Of a stretch of DNA of 64,000 bases, positions 34,879 to 46,902 are shown one piece after another. The position numbers were made by a program, and so were the translations under genes. Source of the DNA: a virus. Under the pieces are notes generated by a model. It saw nothing but the letters and a program-made list of their open reading frames with translations, made no database searches and was not told the origin of the DNA. Location: IMG/VR virus record IMGVR_UViG_3300031992_000044, one strand, 5' to 3'. The first letter of the stretch is position 1. Every line of letters begins with the position of its first letter.

Positions 34879-35415
34879 ATGGAGAAAAGAGTTTTATTTA
34901 CAGAACTTGATGACAGGGGATCACATCTCCGTAGAGACATTACTCCCACTGCGGTGGTAACCGACAAACGTCGTTTCCCGATAGCGCAGTTCTGGGATGC
35001 AAACAAAACTTATGATGTAATCGTAGCTGATGCCACAAGTGCTTCAGATACATTAGAAAAGGCTGAGAAGAATCTTAATAATGAGATTGCAACAGCCAGA
35101 GCTGCAGAAGCTACGTTAAGAGCTCAGTCTGTAGCTACCGCATCATATGATAGTCAAAATAAACTTATTAAATTCTATAATGCAAACGGTACTCTTCTAG
35201 ACACGAGTATTGATGCCACTAACTTTATCAAGGATGGAATGGTAAGTAATGTTGCTATAGACGGCGACTATCTTGTTATTACATTTAATACAGATGCTGG
35301 GCAAGACGATATAGAGATTCCTTTGAGTGATATATTTAATCCCAACAATTATTATACTAAGACACAAATAGATAATATGATTGGGGATATTGAATCGTTA
35401 CTTTCTAATATTTAA
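34879..35415 (+). CDS. Tail-fibre-associated protein (178 aa)
   Basis: ORF-track ORF. Its C-terminal module IFNPNNYYTKTQIDNMI is shared with 43244..44845. Confidence 0.7.
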   Translation: MEKRVLFTELDDRGSHLRRDITPTAVVTDKRRFPIAQFWDANKTYDVIVADATSASDTLEKAEKNLNNEIATARAAEATLRAQSVATASYDSQNKLIKFYNANGTLLDTSIDATNFIKDGMVSNVAIDGDYLVITFNTDAGQDDIEIPLSDIFNPNNYYTKTQIDNMIGDIESLLSNI

Positions 35416-36503
35416 TGATTATGATATCAGAAGAAATTACAAGATTACAAACAGCTAAAGCTAATATTAAAACTGCTATAGAAAACAAAGGGGTAGAAGT
35501 TAGTTCTAGTGCTAAGATAGATGATTATGCAAGTTTAATAGACGACATAAGTAGTGGCGGAGACACTTCAAAATATGGAAACCTTATTGATAACTATAGC
35601 GGTAGCACTGTTACAAATTTCAATTTTTATGCATTGTTTGAACATTTAACAATACCTAGTAATATTCAAACATTATGGCTAAATTTCCCAAATTATAGTC
35701 AGATTAAGTCAATAAGTTTTGAAGCAAATTCACAATGCACTAGTTTGCCTAGCCAATGGTTTTTAAATGTGACCACTTTAACAAATGCAACTTTACCACC
35801 ATTGATTACAATAATACCAAATCAATGTTTTGATAATACAAGAATTTCTACAATAGATATTCCAAGTGGTGTTACAACCATTAATCCTTATGCTTTCAGA
35901 CAAAATCCGTCACTTACTACTGTTAATTTCCAATCTAACAATACACTTACAACCATTGGTGCTAGTGCTTTTGATAACTGTACAAATTTGTCTTCAATTA
36001 CTATACCATCAAGTGTTACAAGTATTGGTAATAATGCATTCCAATACTGTAGTAGCCTTACAAGTATAATTATACCAAGTGGTGTTACAACCATTAATGC
36101 TTATGCTTTCCAAGGCTGTACTAGTCTTACAAGTATAGATATACCAAGTGGAGTTACAAATATTGGTGATTTTACTTTCCGTGGTTGCAGTAGTTTAACA
36201 AGTGTAACCATTGCTAATAGTGTTACAAGTATTGGTGGTTATGCTTTCCAAGGCTGTACTAGTCTTACAAGTATAGATATACCAAGTGGAGTTACAAATA
36301 TTGGTGATTATGCTTTCCAATACTGTAGTAGTCTATCAAGTGTAACTGTAAAAGCAGCAACGCCTCCAACATTGGGTGCAAGTGCCTTTAATGATACAAA
36401 TAACTGTCCAATATATGTTCCATCTGAAAGTGTTGAAGCATATAAGTCAGCAAGTGGTTGGAGTAACTATGCAAGTAGAATCCAGCCAATACCTACAGTA
36501 TAA
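35415..36503 (+). CDS. BspA-type leucine-rich-repeat protein (likely receptor-binding/fibre protein)
   Basis: About 8 tandem units of IPSGVTxIGxxAFxxCxSLTSIxI. Confidence 0.85.
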   Translation: MIMISEEITRLQTAKANIKTAIENKGVEVSSSAKIDDYASLIDDISSGGDTSKYGNLIDNYSGSTVTNFNFYALFEHLTIPSNIQTLWLNFPNYSQIKSISFEANSQCTSLPSQWFLNVTTLTNATLPPLITIIPNQCFDNTRISTIDIPSGVTTINPYAFRQNPSLTTVNFQSNNTLTTIGASAFDNCTNLSSITIPSSVTSIGNNAFQYCSSLTSIIIPSGVTTINAYAFQGCTSLTSIDIPSGVTNIGDFTFRGCSSLTSVTIANSVTSIGGYAFQGCTSLTSIDIPSGVTNIGDYAFQYCSSLSSVTVKAATPPTLGASAFNDTNNCPIYVPSESVEAYKSASGWSNYASRIQPIPTV

Positions 36504-36510
36504 TTAAACT

Positions 36511-39258
36511 ATGGCAGTATTAAGATATTTTCATCAAGACCCCAGACAAACATCTGTACAAGAGTCATCAGTAATAGATAAACAAGGTACTGTATTAACA
36601 CAGAAGTTAACTACTATAAATCAATCTATAACTAACAATACACAAGTTTTAGAAGATAAGTAGAATAGTGTACCAGGTAAATCTCTTTCTACTAATGATT
36701 TTACGGATGAATATAAGAACAAACTTAGAGGAATTGAAGAAGGAGCTGAGGTTAATGTACAATCTGACTGGGGCGAAGATGACAATACTGCAGATAGTTA
36801 CATTAAGAATAAGCCTACATCACTACCAGCTTCAGATGTATATGATTGGGCTAAACAACCAAACAAACCGTCTTATAACTTAGATGAGGTTCCGGATGGT
36901 AATATAAGAAAGCTTAGTAATTATATACCATTAGCCCAAAAAGGTATATATGGCGGTGTAGCTACATTGGGAGCTAATGATGGTAAAGTGCCAGAATCAC
37001 AGCTTCCCAGTTATGTAGATGATGTATTAGAATATACAAATAATAGTCAATTCCCTGTTATAGGAGAAAGCGGTAAGATATATGTAAACACTACTACTAA
37101 TCTTACTTATAGGTGGACTGGTACGTAGTATACAGAGATAAGTCCGTCTATAGCCTTGGGGGAAACATCATCTACAGCTTATGCTGGAGATAAAGGTAAA
37201 GCTCTTGCGGATAGTTTATCTTCTTTGACAGGTATAGTAAACGATACGCAAGATTATCAAGATACATTAGATTGGAACACTAGAGTAGCTATAGCTAAAA
37301 TAAATGGTACAGAGATAACAGCTAAGTTGCCGTCAAATCCCGACACATGGAGGCCTATTAGTGATTCTATCAATACTGTTAGTTCTACAATATCTGCATC
37401 ACTTACTGCAGTAAAGGCTGCATATGACTTAGCTGCAAGTAAGACATCGAATACTGGTACAGTAACGTCAGTAGGATTAACTGTACCGACAGGATTATCT
37501 GTATCAGGTAGTCCAGTAACTACATCTGGCACATTAGCTATTACATACGCTAGCGGATATTCTATACCTACTACAGCTAAATAGGATGAGTGGGATGCTA
37601 AGCAGAATGCTATATCAGATCTATCTACTATACGTACCAATGCCAGTAATGGTAATACGGCATACGGTTGGGGCAATCATGCTAATGCTGGGTATTAGAT
37701 GGCTATATCTGATTTGGCCACTATTAGAGACAGGGCCGATGAGGGTCATGTTGCTTATGGGTGGGGAAACCATGCTGAGGCTGGATATGTTACGTCATCC
37801 GGTGTGACATCTATAAAAATAAAAGCCACTTCCCCAATAGTTAGTAGCAGTTCTTCTGCCATAACTACAACAGGAACAAGATATATAGGTATAGCAGACG
37901 CATACGGAGATATAAAAAACCCATATGGTGCCAAAACGGCAAATACTATACTTGCTGGTCCGACTACAGGATCTGCTGCAGTTCCAACATTTAGAGAATT
38001 AGAACAATCCGATATACCAACTTTAGATTGGAGTAAGATAAATGCTACGGTATCAACCACAACAGTAGGATCCGCTTCGGCTAGTACAAATATATCTGCT
38101 GACGACATTACGGCATGGGATCCTGGAGCTACACCGACACTTGGAACCGCAATACCAGCAGATGATATAACTGCATGGGACGCCGGAAGTACTCCAACAT
38201 TAGGAACAGCAATAAGCGCGGATGATATTACAGCATGGTCTGCAGGATCACTGCCTACTTTAGGGACAGCAATATCTGCAGACGACATTACTGCTTGGAG
38301 TGCTGGAACGCTACCAACATTAGGCACCGCGATACCAGCTGACGACATAACAGATTGGACAACAAATGTACCTACGGAAGTTGTTCCAAATACAGTTGTT
38401 ATAGGCGGAAGTACTACTAGTATACCAAATATATCTAAGAAGACTGTTGTAACAAGCGTAACAAAGAAAACAGTCGTTACTGGCGGTAGTACTACAGATG
38501 TGCCTAATATTAGTAAAAAGACAGTAGTTACCGGAGGTAGCACAACTGATGTACCTAATATATCTAAGAAGACTGTTGTTACCGGTGGAAGTACAACAGA
38601 TGTTCCCAATATATCTAAAAAGACCGTAATAACAAGTGTATCGTTATCTGGTGGCATACTTACTATAAACACTGGTGATAGTGTAACAGTTGGTACAGCT
38701 ATAAAGGCATATACCACTCTGAATACTGGCGACAGTGTTACAGTCGGCACACCTATAAAAGCTTATACTAGTCTTACTACTGGAGATTCTGTAACGGTGG
38801 GAGATCCTATAAAAGCGTATACAAGTCTAACAACAGGCGATAGTGTCACAGTATCAACGGGCGATAGTGTAACTGTCGGAGCCGCTATAAAAGCGTACAC
38901 GTCTTTAACCACAGGTCCTGCCGCAACAGTTACTGCTGGCACAGCAGCATCTCTTGATTATAGTGCCAAGTCTATACCAAACATTACTGGTGTTGGTACA
39001 CTACCGTCGTTGTCGTATACTTCGCGTAGTATACCAAATATTACTGGTGTTGGTACTCTCCCATCACTGTCTTATACATCTAGAAGTATACCTAATGTAA
39101 CAGACGTAGGTACTGCCCCATCTCTTACTTATACAGCTAAATCTATACCTAATGTAACTAGTGTGGGATCTACCCCAACACTAACTTACGCATCTCGTTC
39201 TATACCAAATATATCAGTAACAAATAAAACAGTAGTCACAGGAATAACTACACCATAA
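36511..39258 (+). CDS. Tail fibre protein, 4 in-frame TAG (915 aa)
   Basis: ATG 36511 is in frame with track ORFs 37156..37584 and 37699..39258. TAGs lie at 36661, 37126, 37582 and 37696. Fibre motifs VQSDWGEDDNTADSYIKNKP and GKIYVNTTTNLTYRWTGT. The C-terminal half is built from four tandem repeat arrays. Confidence 0.85.
38092..39215 (+). repeat. Four successive in-frame tandem repeat arrays inside the fibre gene
   Basis: 60-nt units (ISADDITAWxAGxxPTLGTA, x4.5). 51-nt units (GGSTTDVPNISKKTVVT, x4). 54-nt units (TGDSVTVGxxIKAYTSLT, x4). 57-nt units (SRSIPNITGVGTLPSLSYT, x4.5). Confidence 0.85.
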
Positions 39259-39268
39259 AGAAGATAAT

Positions 39269-42200
39269 ATGTACGTAGGAAAAGTAAAATATGGAAATAA
39301 TACATGGCCAGTCGGTTCTACACTATATGGCACATGTAATACTGCAGCCGATACGGTAGAAAAAACCGTAACGTTGGCAGACTTTGATACACTTCTCGAA
39401 GGTGTAACTATTCATGTTAAATTTACATATAGCAACACTGCAAGCAACCCGACGCTTAATGTAAACAGCACAGGAGCGTACGCAATAAAAAGATACGGAA
39501 CAAAAGCCCCAGGTACCAGTTCCAATAGTTCGTGGAACGCTGGATCTGTTGTAAGTTTTACATATGATGGTACATACTGGCAATAGAACGACTGGTTAAA
39601 CAATAACACTACTTATACGTTTGATGGAACTTATGACGCAAGTACTAATAAGGCTGCTACAGTAAACACTGTTACTAATGCAATCAATGCTCTTGATGGA
39701 GGTACTATAGGTACTGGCGGTAGTGGCAAAACCATCACCTCTCTTAGTCAGACTAATGGTAATGTGTCTGCAACTTTCGGTGATATTTCAATCACGAAAT
39801 CCCAAGTGTCAGACTTTCCGTCTTTGGCAACTGTAGCAACCTCAGGTTCGTATAATGACTTGAGCAACAAGCCTACAATTCCTTCTGCCGCAAACAACGG
39901 TACTTTCTCTGTCAAGACAAAGGTTGGCTCTAATGATGCTGTCACAGCAGCTGATTTTACTGCTAACCAGTCGAGTGCAGACGATATTACATTCATTCAA
40001 GGAAGTAACGTTACACTCACTACGGATACTACAAATAGAACTGTTACCATTGCTGCAAAGGATACTACATATACTTTCGATGGTACCTACAACTCGTCTA
40101 CAAATAAGGCTGCCACAGTATCTACGGTTACAAATGCCATAGCAACCCTTGACGGTACAGTCACAGGTAGTGCTGGATCAGGAAAAACCATTACTGCATT
40201 CTCACAGACAGACGGAAAGGTTTCTGCTACATTTGGCGACATTTCCATTACCAAGTCGCAGGTATCTGACTTCCCCACTATTCCTACGGTTAACAATGCT
40301 AAGTTCAGTGTGAAGGGCGATGGCACAGAAGTTGCATCCACTACGGCTAATGCTTCATCTGCTTCTTCTGTTGACATTGTGGCAGGAAGCAATGTTACTG
40401 TGACACCGGATGCTACAAACAAAAAAATAACTATTGCTGCTAAAGATACAACATATTCAACAGCCACTACATCAGCAGCCGGTCTTATGTCAGCAGATGA
40501 CAAGACAAAGCTGAATGGCATAGCAGCAGGTGCAGATGTCAATGTTCAGTCAGACTGGAATGCAACTTCTGGTGATGCCTTCATTAAGAACAAGCCAACT
40601 ATACCAGACAGCTTCCAGTGGTTCGGCACATCTTCCACAGCAGCAGACGTTGTGCAAAAAGAAGTCTCAATACCAAGTATAACCAGCTTGAAAACAGGTC
40701 AGATTATAGTAGTAAAGCCTACTGTGACATCTACTGTTGCAAACAGCACCTTGAAACTGAATGACTTTGATGCCTATCCGATGAGATACAACAACGCTGC
40801 TATTACTACAGGTACTGACAGCATTGTATGGAGTGCAAATATTCCATCGTTATTTGTGTTTGACGGTTCATATTGGGAATTTCTTGGGCATGGATTAGAT
40901 TCAAACACCACATATTCTGCAATGTCTGTAGCTGAAGGCACTGCTGGAACAAAAACTTCTGCAAGGACTATGAGGGCTGACTATCTGAAGCAGATAATTC
41001 AGGCATTAGCACCTCAATCTGACTGGAATGCAACAAGTGGAGATGCAGTGATTCTGAACAAACCAACCATCCCGACAGTGAACAACGGAAAGTTTTCCAT
41101 AAAGGGTGCTGGTACAGAGGTGGTATCTACAACAGCTAATGCCTCTTCTGATTCTTCTGTTGATATTGTGGCAGGAAGTAATGTAACGATTACACCAGAT
41201 GCTACCAATAAGAAAATCACCATAGCATCTACGGATACCAATACTACCTATTCTGCAGGTACTGGGCTTAGCTTATCTGGCACAACATTTAGTGTAAAAA
41301 CCGGTTATACTACTAGTGGAAACAATAGAGCTGTACAAGCTGACTCAAATGGTAATTTGTATGTAACACAAAAAGACGACAATGCCACATATACATTTAC
41401 CGATAACAATCCGACGTTAGCTTGGGGTACTAAGTCTAAAGTAGCTACTGTTGGTGGTACCGACATTCATGTAACAATGCCAGCTAATCCGAATACTAAC
41501 ACTACTTATACTATAGCCACCGGCGATAGTGATGGACAAATAAAAGTTACTCCATCTAGCGGTAGTGCTTATAACGTAAGTGTTAAAGGATTAGGTTCTA
41601 GGGCTTATGATAGCACTAGTTATTTACCTTTAGCTGGAGGTACTTTGACTGGCGGGCTGAACTTTAAGTTTGGGCATGACCTTACACAAACAAATAACGG
41701 TGTAGAATCAGTCCAATACTACGGCATTAGGATGTACGATAAGAACAATTATTACTCCGCACAATTATTAAACCAAGTACAAACAGACGGTACAAATGCC
41801 TTAAACTTTAACCTTAGAAATAGGAATGGCAGTACAGAGTACGATAAAAGCCTGATGATATATCTTACTAAAGCCGGTGTCATCTCGGCATCCCTTGGCG
41901 GTGCATTTACAGCAAATTCTTTTATTAAATCAGGTGGTACATCTTCACAATTCCTGAAAGCGGATGGTAGTGTAGATAGCAATTCGTATTTGACAAGCAT
42001 AACCAAAACAATGGTAACTAATGCTCTTGGTTATACCCCACCGACTACAGATACTAATACATGGCGTGGAATAACTGATAGTTACTCCGGTACAGATTCA
42101 TCTATTTCTTTATCTCAAAAAGGCGGCAATGCTTTATACAATGCACTTTTAAACGGGTATGCTAGTTCTGCAGGATATGCAGATTCAGCAAGTTATGCTT

Positions 42201-43231
42201 CATCTATACCTTCAAGAACAATATGGGGGCAATCATTCAATGGAACTGCAAATGTAAATGGAACGTTCTATTTTACTAATGGAGATGCAACTATGAAAAT
42301 ATATGGTGCGCCATCTACTGTCGAGTCTTACGGTAACGAAAGAGTTGCAATACAAACATCATTTGATATGCAAGATCCAGAAACATCTTCTTATCCAACG
42401 AATTATCCTACCCGTGCGGCACTACTTTTGCAACCAAGAGGAGGCTACGTGGGCATAGGTACTACATCTCCATCCACAAGGATGCATGTTGTAGGCAGAG
42501 TGACGTGTGAATATAGTAGTGCATATTCTGGTTCATTTAGTGCTATTCGTGATGTCTATGAAGGATGTTTTGGAATAAATAGTTCCGGTTATACACTTCT
42601 TACTACAAATAAAGTTGGTGATTCTAGTGCAAGAGTTAGAATATCATTAAGTCCTCATACTATTACAAACAGCAGAATTATTTTGAATGATAATGTAGAA
42701 ATGTCTAATGGTAGTGGTATATATTAGGCATCATCTTATAGTTCCAGTAGTGATCCTTTTTATATACAAAACCACGATTTGTATGATAACGATGTTTCAA
42801 TAGGACGCCCTGGAGATTCAGGAAAACCTTGGGTTGGTATAGGTATACGGAAACCGTCTTATAAACTGCATGTAAATGGAGCATGCGGAGCTACATCGTT
42901 TCCTAATACATCGGATATAAGATTGAAAGATATATAGTCAGAGTGGTTACCTAAACTGGAAGATATAGCAAACGCTCCATCATTCTTGTTTAAATGGAAT
43001 AATATAAAGGATGATACTGTTCATTTAGGTAGTAGTGCGCAATATTGGGAAGAAAAAGCTCCAAATGTAGTAACAGAAGCAAATGATGAAATAAAGACAA
43101 AATCGTTGCAGTATGATGTATTGGGAACTGTAAACAGTATAGCCATAGCAAAAGAAGTTGTAAGTTTAAAAGAAGAAATAAAGCTTCTGCAGGCTTAGAT
43201 TGCAGAATTAAAGTAGCTACTAAATAATTAA
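39269..43231 (+). CDS. Large tail fibre with a C-terminal intramolecular chaperone (peptidase S74-like) domain, 5 in-frame TAG (1320 aa)
   Basis: Track ORFs 39269..39586, 39764..42727 and 42986..43198 share frame 2. Gaps are open except for TAG. The C-terminus YKLHVNGA...TSDIRLKDI...HLGSSAQYWEEKAPNVV...LQYDVLGTVNSIAIAKEVVSLKEEIKLL matches the S74 pattern. Modules are duplicated internally. Confidence 0.85.
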
Positions 43232-43243
43232 ATATAATCGATT

Positions 43244-44845
43244 ATGTGTAATAATAATTGTTGTACGTGTTGTCAATGTGGCACGCACGATGACGATACT
43301 CCACAGGAGATCACATATACCTCTGTATGTAATAGTGATGTATGCAAAGATAAAGATGGATGCAGATGCTGTTGCTGTAAAAACAAAGGAGTATGTGAAG
43401 ATGATCCTAACATTCGCTTGGATGGTATGGAAGAGCGTATGGAGGAGTGTTGTGAAGAAGTGAATGAAAGAATTACGAATCTAGAATGCGAGCTTTGTGA
43501 AGAGATAAGTCGTTCTACAACGAAAGACGAAGAGCACGATGAGAAGATAGAAGATCTTTATAATAAAGAGAGTTTAGACTATAATAATGTTAACTATACT
43601 CTCGATAACCACAATCTTGTTGTAAACTTCTATCATGATGATGTATTCCAGGATAGTATTACTATTCCGGTAGAGTCATTTATAAAAGACTGGTTTGTTG
43701 ATGATGTCGATTTGATAGATTCTCATATACTTAGAATAACGTTTAATGTAGATCCTACTACAGAAACTCATCATGAACCCAGAATAATCGACATTGATCT
43801 TAATGATTTTCTAAATCCCAGTAACTATTATACTAAGACTCAGATCGACAATATGATCAATCCTCTTAGTCAAAGTATAACTAACCTTACTACAAACCTT
43901 AATAATTATAAGACAGAAGTAAGTAATACATACGAAACTAAAGTTGCTGCTGGTAATCATATCAACAATGTCGATTATGATCAAAACGATCATCATACAC
44001 TCATCTTTACAAAAGAGAATGGTTAGACTATAACAAAAACAATTCCCGATAGCGATTTGTACATATAGTCTGGTCAATATACAGGTGGTAATCTTGTACT
44101 TACTAGAAACAATAATACAACCGTTACAATTCCTGTACCTGCAACAAATCATATTGTTGGAGGAAGTATTGATGGACGCGTAATAACTCTTGTTAGAGAG
44201 AACAACGGTACACCTGTTACCATCCAACTTCCGGCTGATGCAAATACATATCCTGTAAGTGCAGAAATTATTGGCAATACACTTACTATCACAAACAGCG
44301 ATGGTAGTACTGTTCCTGTAACATTGCCTACTGATAATGATCATTATGTTACTGGCGGTAGCATTTCTGGAAGCACACTTACTCTCACTAGAAACGGAGG
44401 GCTTTCCAATGTAACAGTTCAGCTTCCTGCGTGGAAAACTACAGATAATGATCATTATGTTACCAGCGGTACCGTTACAAATGGTGTATTGAAATTAACA
44501 AGAGATGGTATAAACGGAACGGTAGATATAACACTTCCTGAAGGCGCAGATGGAGACCATTATCCAACGCAAGCAACATTGAATGGAAATACACTTACGA
44601 TTTCTGGTAATACCGGATTTAATCCGTTTAGTGTAGATCTTTCTGGTATCAGCGGTACTACCAATGTAACATATGGTGGTGATACCGTAACATTACAGCA
44701 AGCTATCACATCTATTGAAAACAGGTTGAACGCACTTGAAGGATTGTGGGAGATTAATCCGAACGACAGTACACAGGTTGTTGCTAAGAATAATAGATCA
44801 GCAAAGGCCGCAGGATTCTATGATTCGACTGTAAACGCAGTATAA
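43244..44845 (+). CDS. Fibre/spike protein with a Cys-rich N-terminus, 2 in-frame TAG (533 aa)
   Basis: Track ORFs 43244..44026 and 44324..44845 share frame 2. TAGs lie at 44024 and 44066. N-terminus MCNNNCCTCCQCG...CRCCCCKNKGVC. Repeated TDNDHYVTxG units. Confidence 0.8.
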
Positions 44846-44856
44846 TAATATAATAT

Positions 44857-46899
44857 ATGGTAGACTTTAATAAAAAGATTCTAAATAGTTCAAAGTTCCG
44901 CTAGCCAGCTATATTCTTTAAAGAGCATGGATGTTATACACTGGCTCCGCGTGGAACAACCGATTATATACAATATTGGGATAGAGAAACACAAAGGTGC
45001 ATAAACGGATATGTAGCACCTGATGGCGACGCTATTACAGGCTACCATTATTTTTACCTAAACTATAGTCCTATTATGAAGTTGGAGGAAACTAAGTATA
45101 CAGATAGGTACGGAAACGAACGTACCAGAAGAGAACGTGTACTTAATTTCCCCGACTTCTGGGATTATGATTATTACTACTTCAATGCGATAGAAGAAGC
45201 CGAAAACCAAGGGAAACACATGGCAACCCTTAAATGCAGACAGAGAGGTTATAGCTTTAAAGGGGCTAGTATGCTGGTGCGAAACTATGAACTCATCCCA
45301 GGATCAAAGAATTTCGCAGTAGCTTCTGAGTAGAAGTTTCTTATAGGAGATGGACTACTTACGAAAGCTTGGTAGATCATGGATTTCGTAGACAAGCACA
45401 CAGCATGGTCTAAACAACGTCTAACATCAACCCGTATGGAGCGTGTATCTGGTTACAAAGTCACAGATGAATTTGGTAAACAGACAGAACAAGGATATTT
45501 GAGCTCTATTACAGGTATTACACTAAAGAATGACCCAGAACGTCTTCGTGGTACTCGTGGTAAGCTTGTGCTATTTGAGGAGTGCGGTAAGTTCCCCAAC
45601 CTAGAAACAGCATGGCGTGTTGAACAACCTGCTGTAGAAACTGACGACGGTGTGGCATTCGGTTTGCTTTGTGCATTTGGTACAGGTGGTACTGAAGGAG
45701 GTAGCTTTGATGGTCTAAAGAATCTATTCTATAAACCAGATGCATTTAATGTATTATCTTTCGATAATATATGGGATGACGGATAGGAGAATACTAAATG
45801 TGGATTCTTTGTACCAGCGTGGAGTAATATGGGTCCTGAGTTCATGGATGAAGACGGTAATAGCGATAAAGATAGATCTATAGAAGAATTAATGGTATAG
45901 CGTAACAAAGTTAAAGATGGAGGCGCTACACAGACATCTATAGATAGGTTTATCTCAGAACGTCCTTTAAAGCCACAAGAGGCTGTCTTAGAGCTTGGAA
46001 GAAACATATTCCCTAGAAAGCTATTGATGGACCAGCTAACCCGTATCAGAACCAATAAGAAGCTTTAGAATATGAAACATATTGTAGATCTTCTATGGGA
46101 CGGTAAAGGTGGTGTTGAAGCAGTAGAAAAGAAATCTGGAGATATAACTACTTATCACTTAAAGAAAGATGACAAACCAAAAGGATCAGTAGTTATCTGG
46201 GAATACCCAATCACAGATCCCCCATTTGGATTATACATTGGCGGCTGCGACCCGTATGATCATGACGAGTCGTTCACTAACTCGTTAGGATCGACGTTTA
46301 TTTTTAAAAGAGTTAGAGCTGGAGAGGCTTGGAACGATGTAATAGTCGCAGAATATACTGGGCGACCAGATACTGCTGAAGAATATTACGAAAACGTGCG
46401 TAAACTATTGATATTCTATAATGCACGTCTGTTGTTTGAGAATGAACGTAAGGGTATCTACCCTTACTTCACAAACAAACACTGTGATTATCTTCTTGCA
46501 GATTAGCCAGATAAAATAATTACGGAAGTCTTTAAAGACAGTAGAGTACAGCGCCGCAAAGGCTGTCATATGACTAAATAGATTAGGGCGTATGGAGAAG
46601 GATTAATCCTCGAATGGCTTATGGAAGAGTATGAAGAAGGGCATCCTAATCTAGAAAGAATATACAGCGAACCTTTGATAGAAGAGTTAATAGAAAACGA
46701 CGGTGAGAAAAACGTAGACCGTGTTATTGCTATGTGTATGGTTATGATATATAGAGAAGAACTATATCAAGTTAAAGTGTCCGCTGCAAAAGAACAAAAC
46801 AAATAGGTTGAACTCTTCGAACTACCTTTATTCAGTTAGCGATACTGGGATGCTGATGAAGAGGTAGTGCAAGACAACATACCTGTATTTAACTTTTAA
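44857..46899 (+). CDS. terL: Terminase large subunit, 10 in-frame TAG (680 aa)
   Basis: Four track ORFs (45076, 45379, 46072, 46621), all in frame 1. Gaps checked: only TAG. Motifs CRQRGYSFKG (Walker A-like), KLVLFEECGKF (Walker B) and GGCDPYDHD (nuclease). Confidence 0.85.
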
Positions 46900-46902
46900 T
46901 AT

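Noticed and set aside
37755-38750. Long antisense or alternate-frame ORFs inside large genes (37755..38750, 53436..54302, 57449..58138, 43811..44455, 8679..9041, 58304..58852)
   Set aside because: They lie opposite to or inside much longer genes with clear motifs or codon bias. Repeat-rich and GC3-biased genes generate such shadow ORFs.
38092-39215. Regular 51-60-nt tandem repeats that could be mistaken for a CRISPR array
   Set aside because: The units are contiguous without spacers, stay in the fibre gene's reading frame and encode coherent peptide repeats. No cas genes are nearby.
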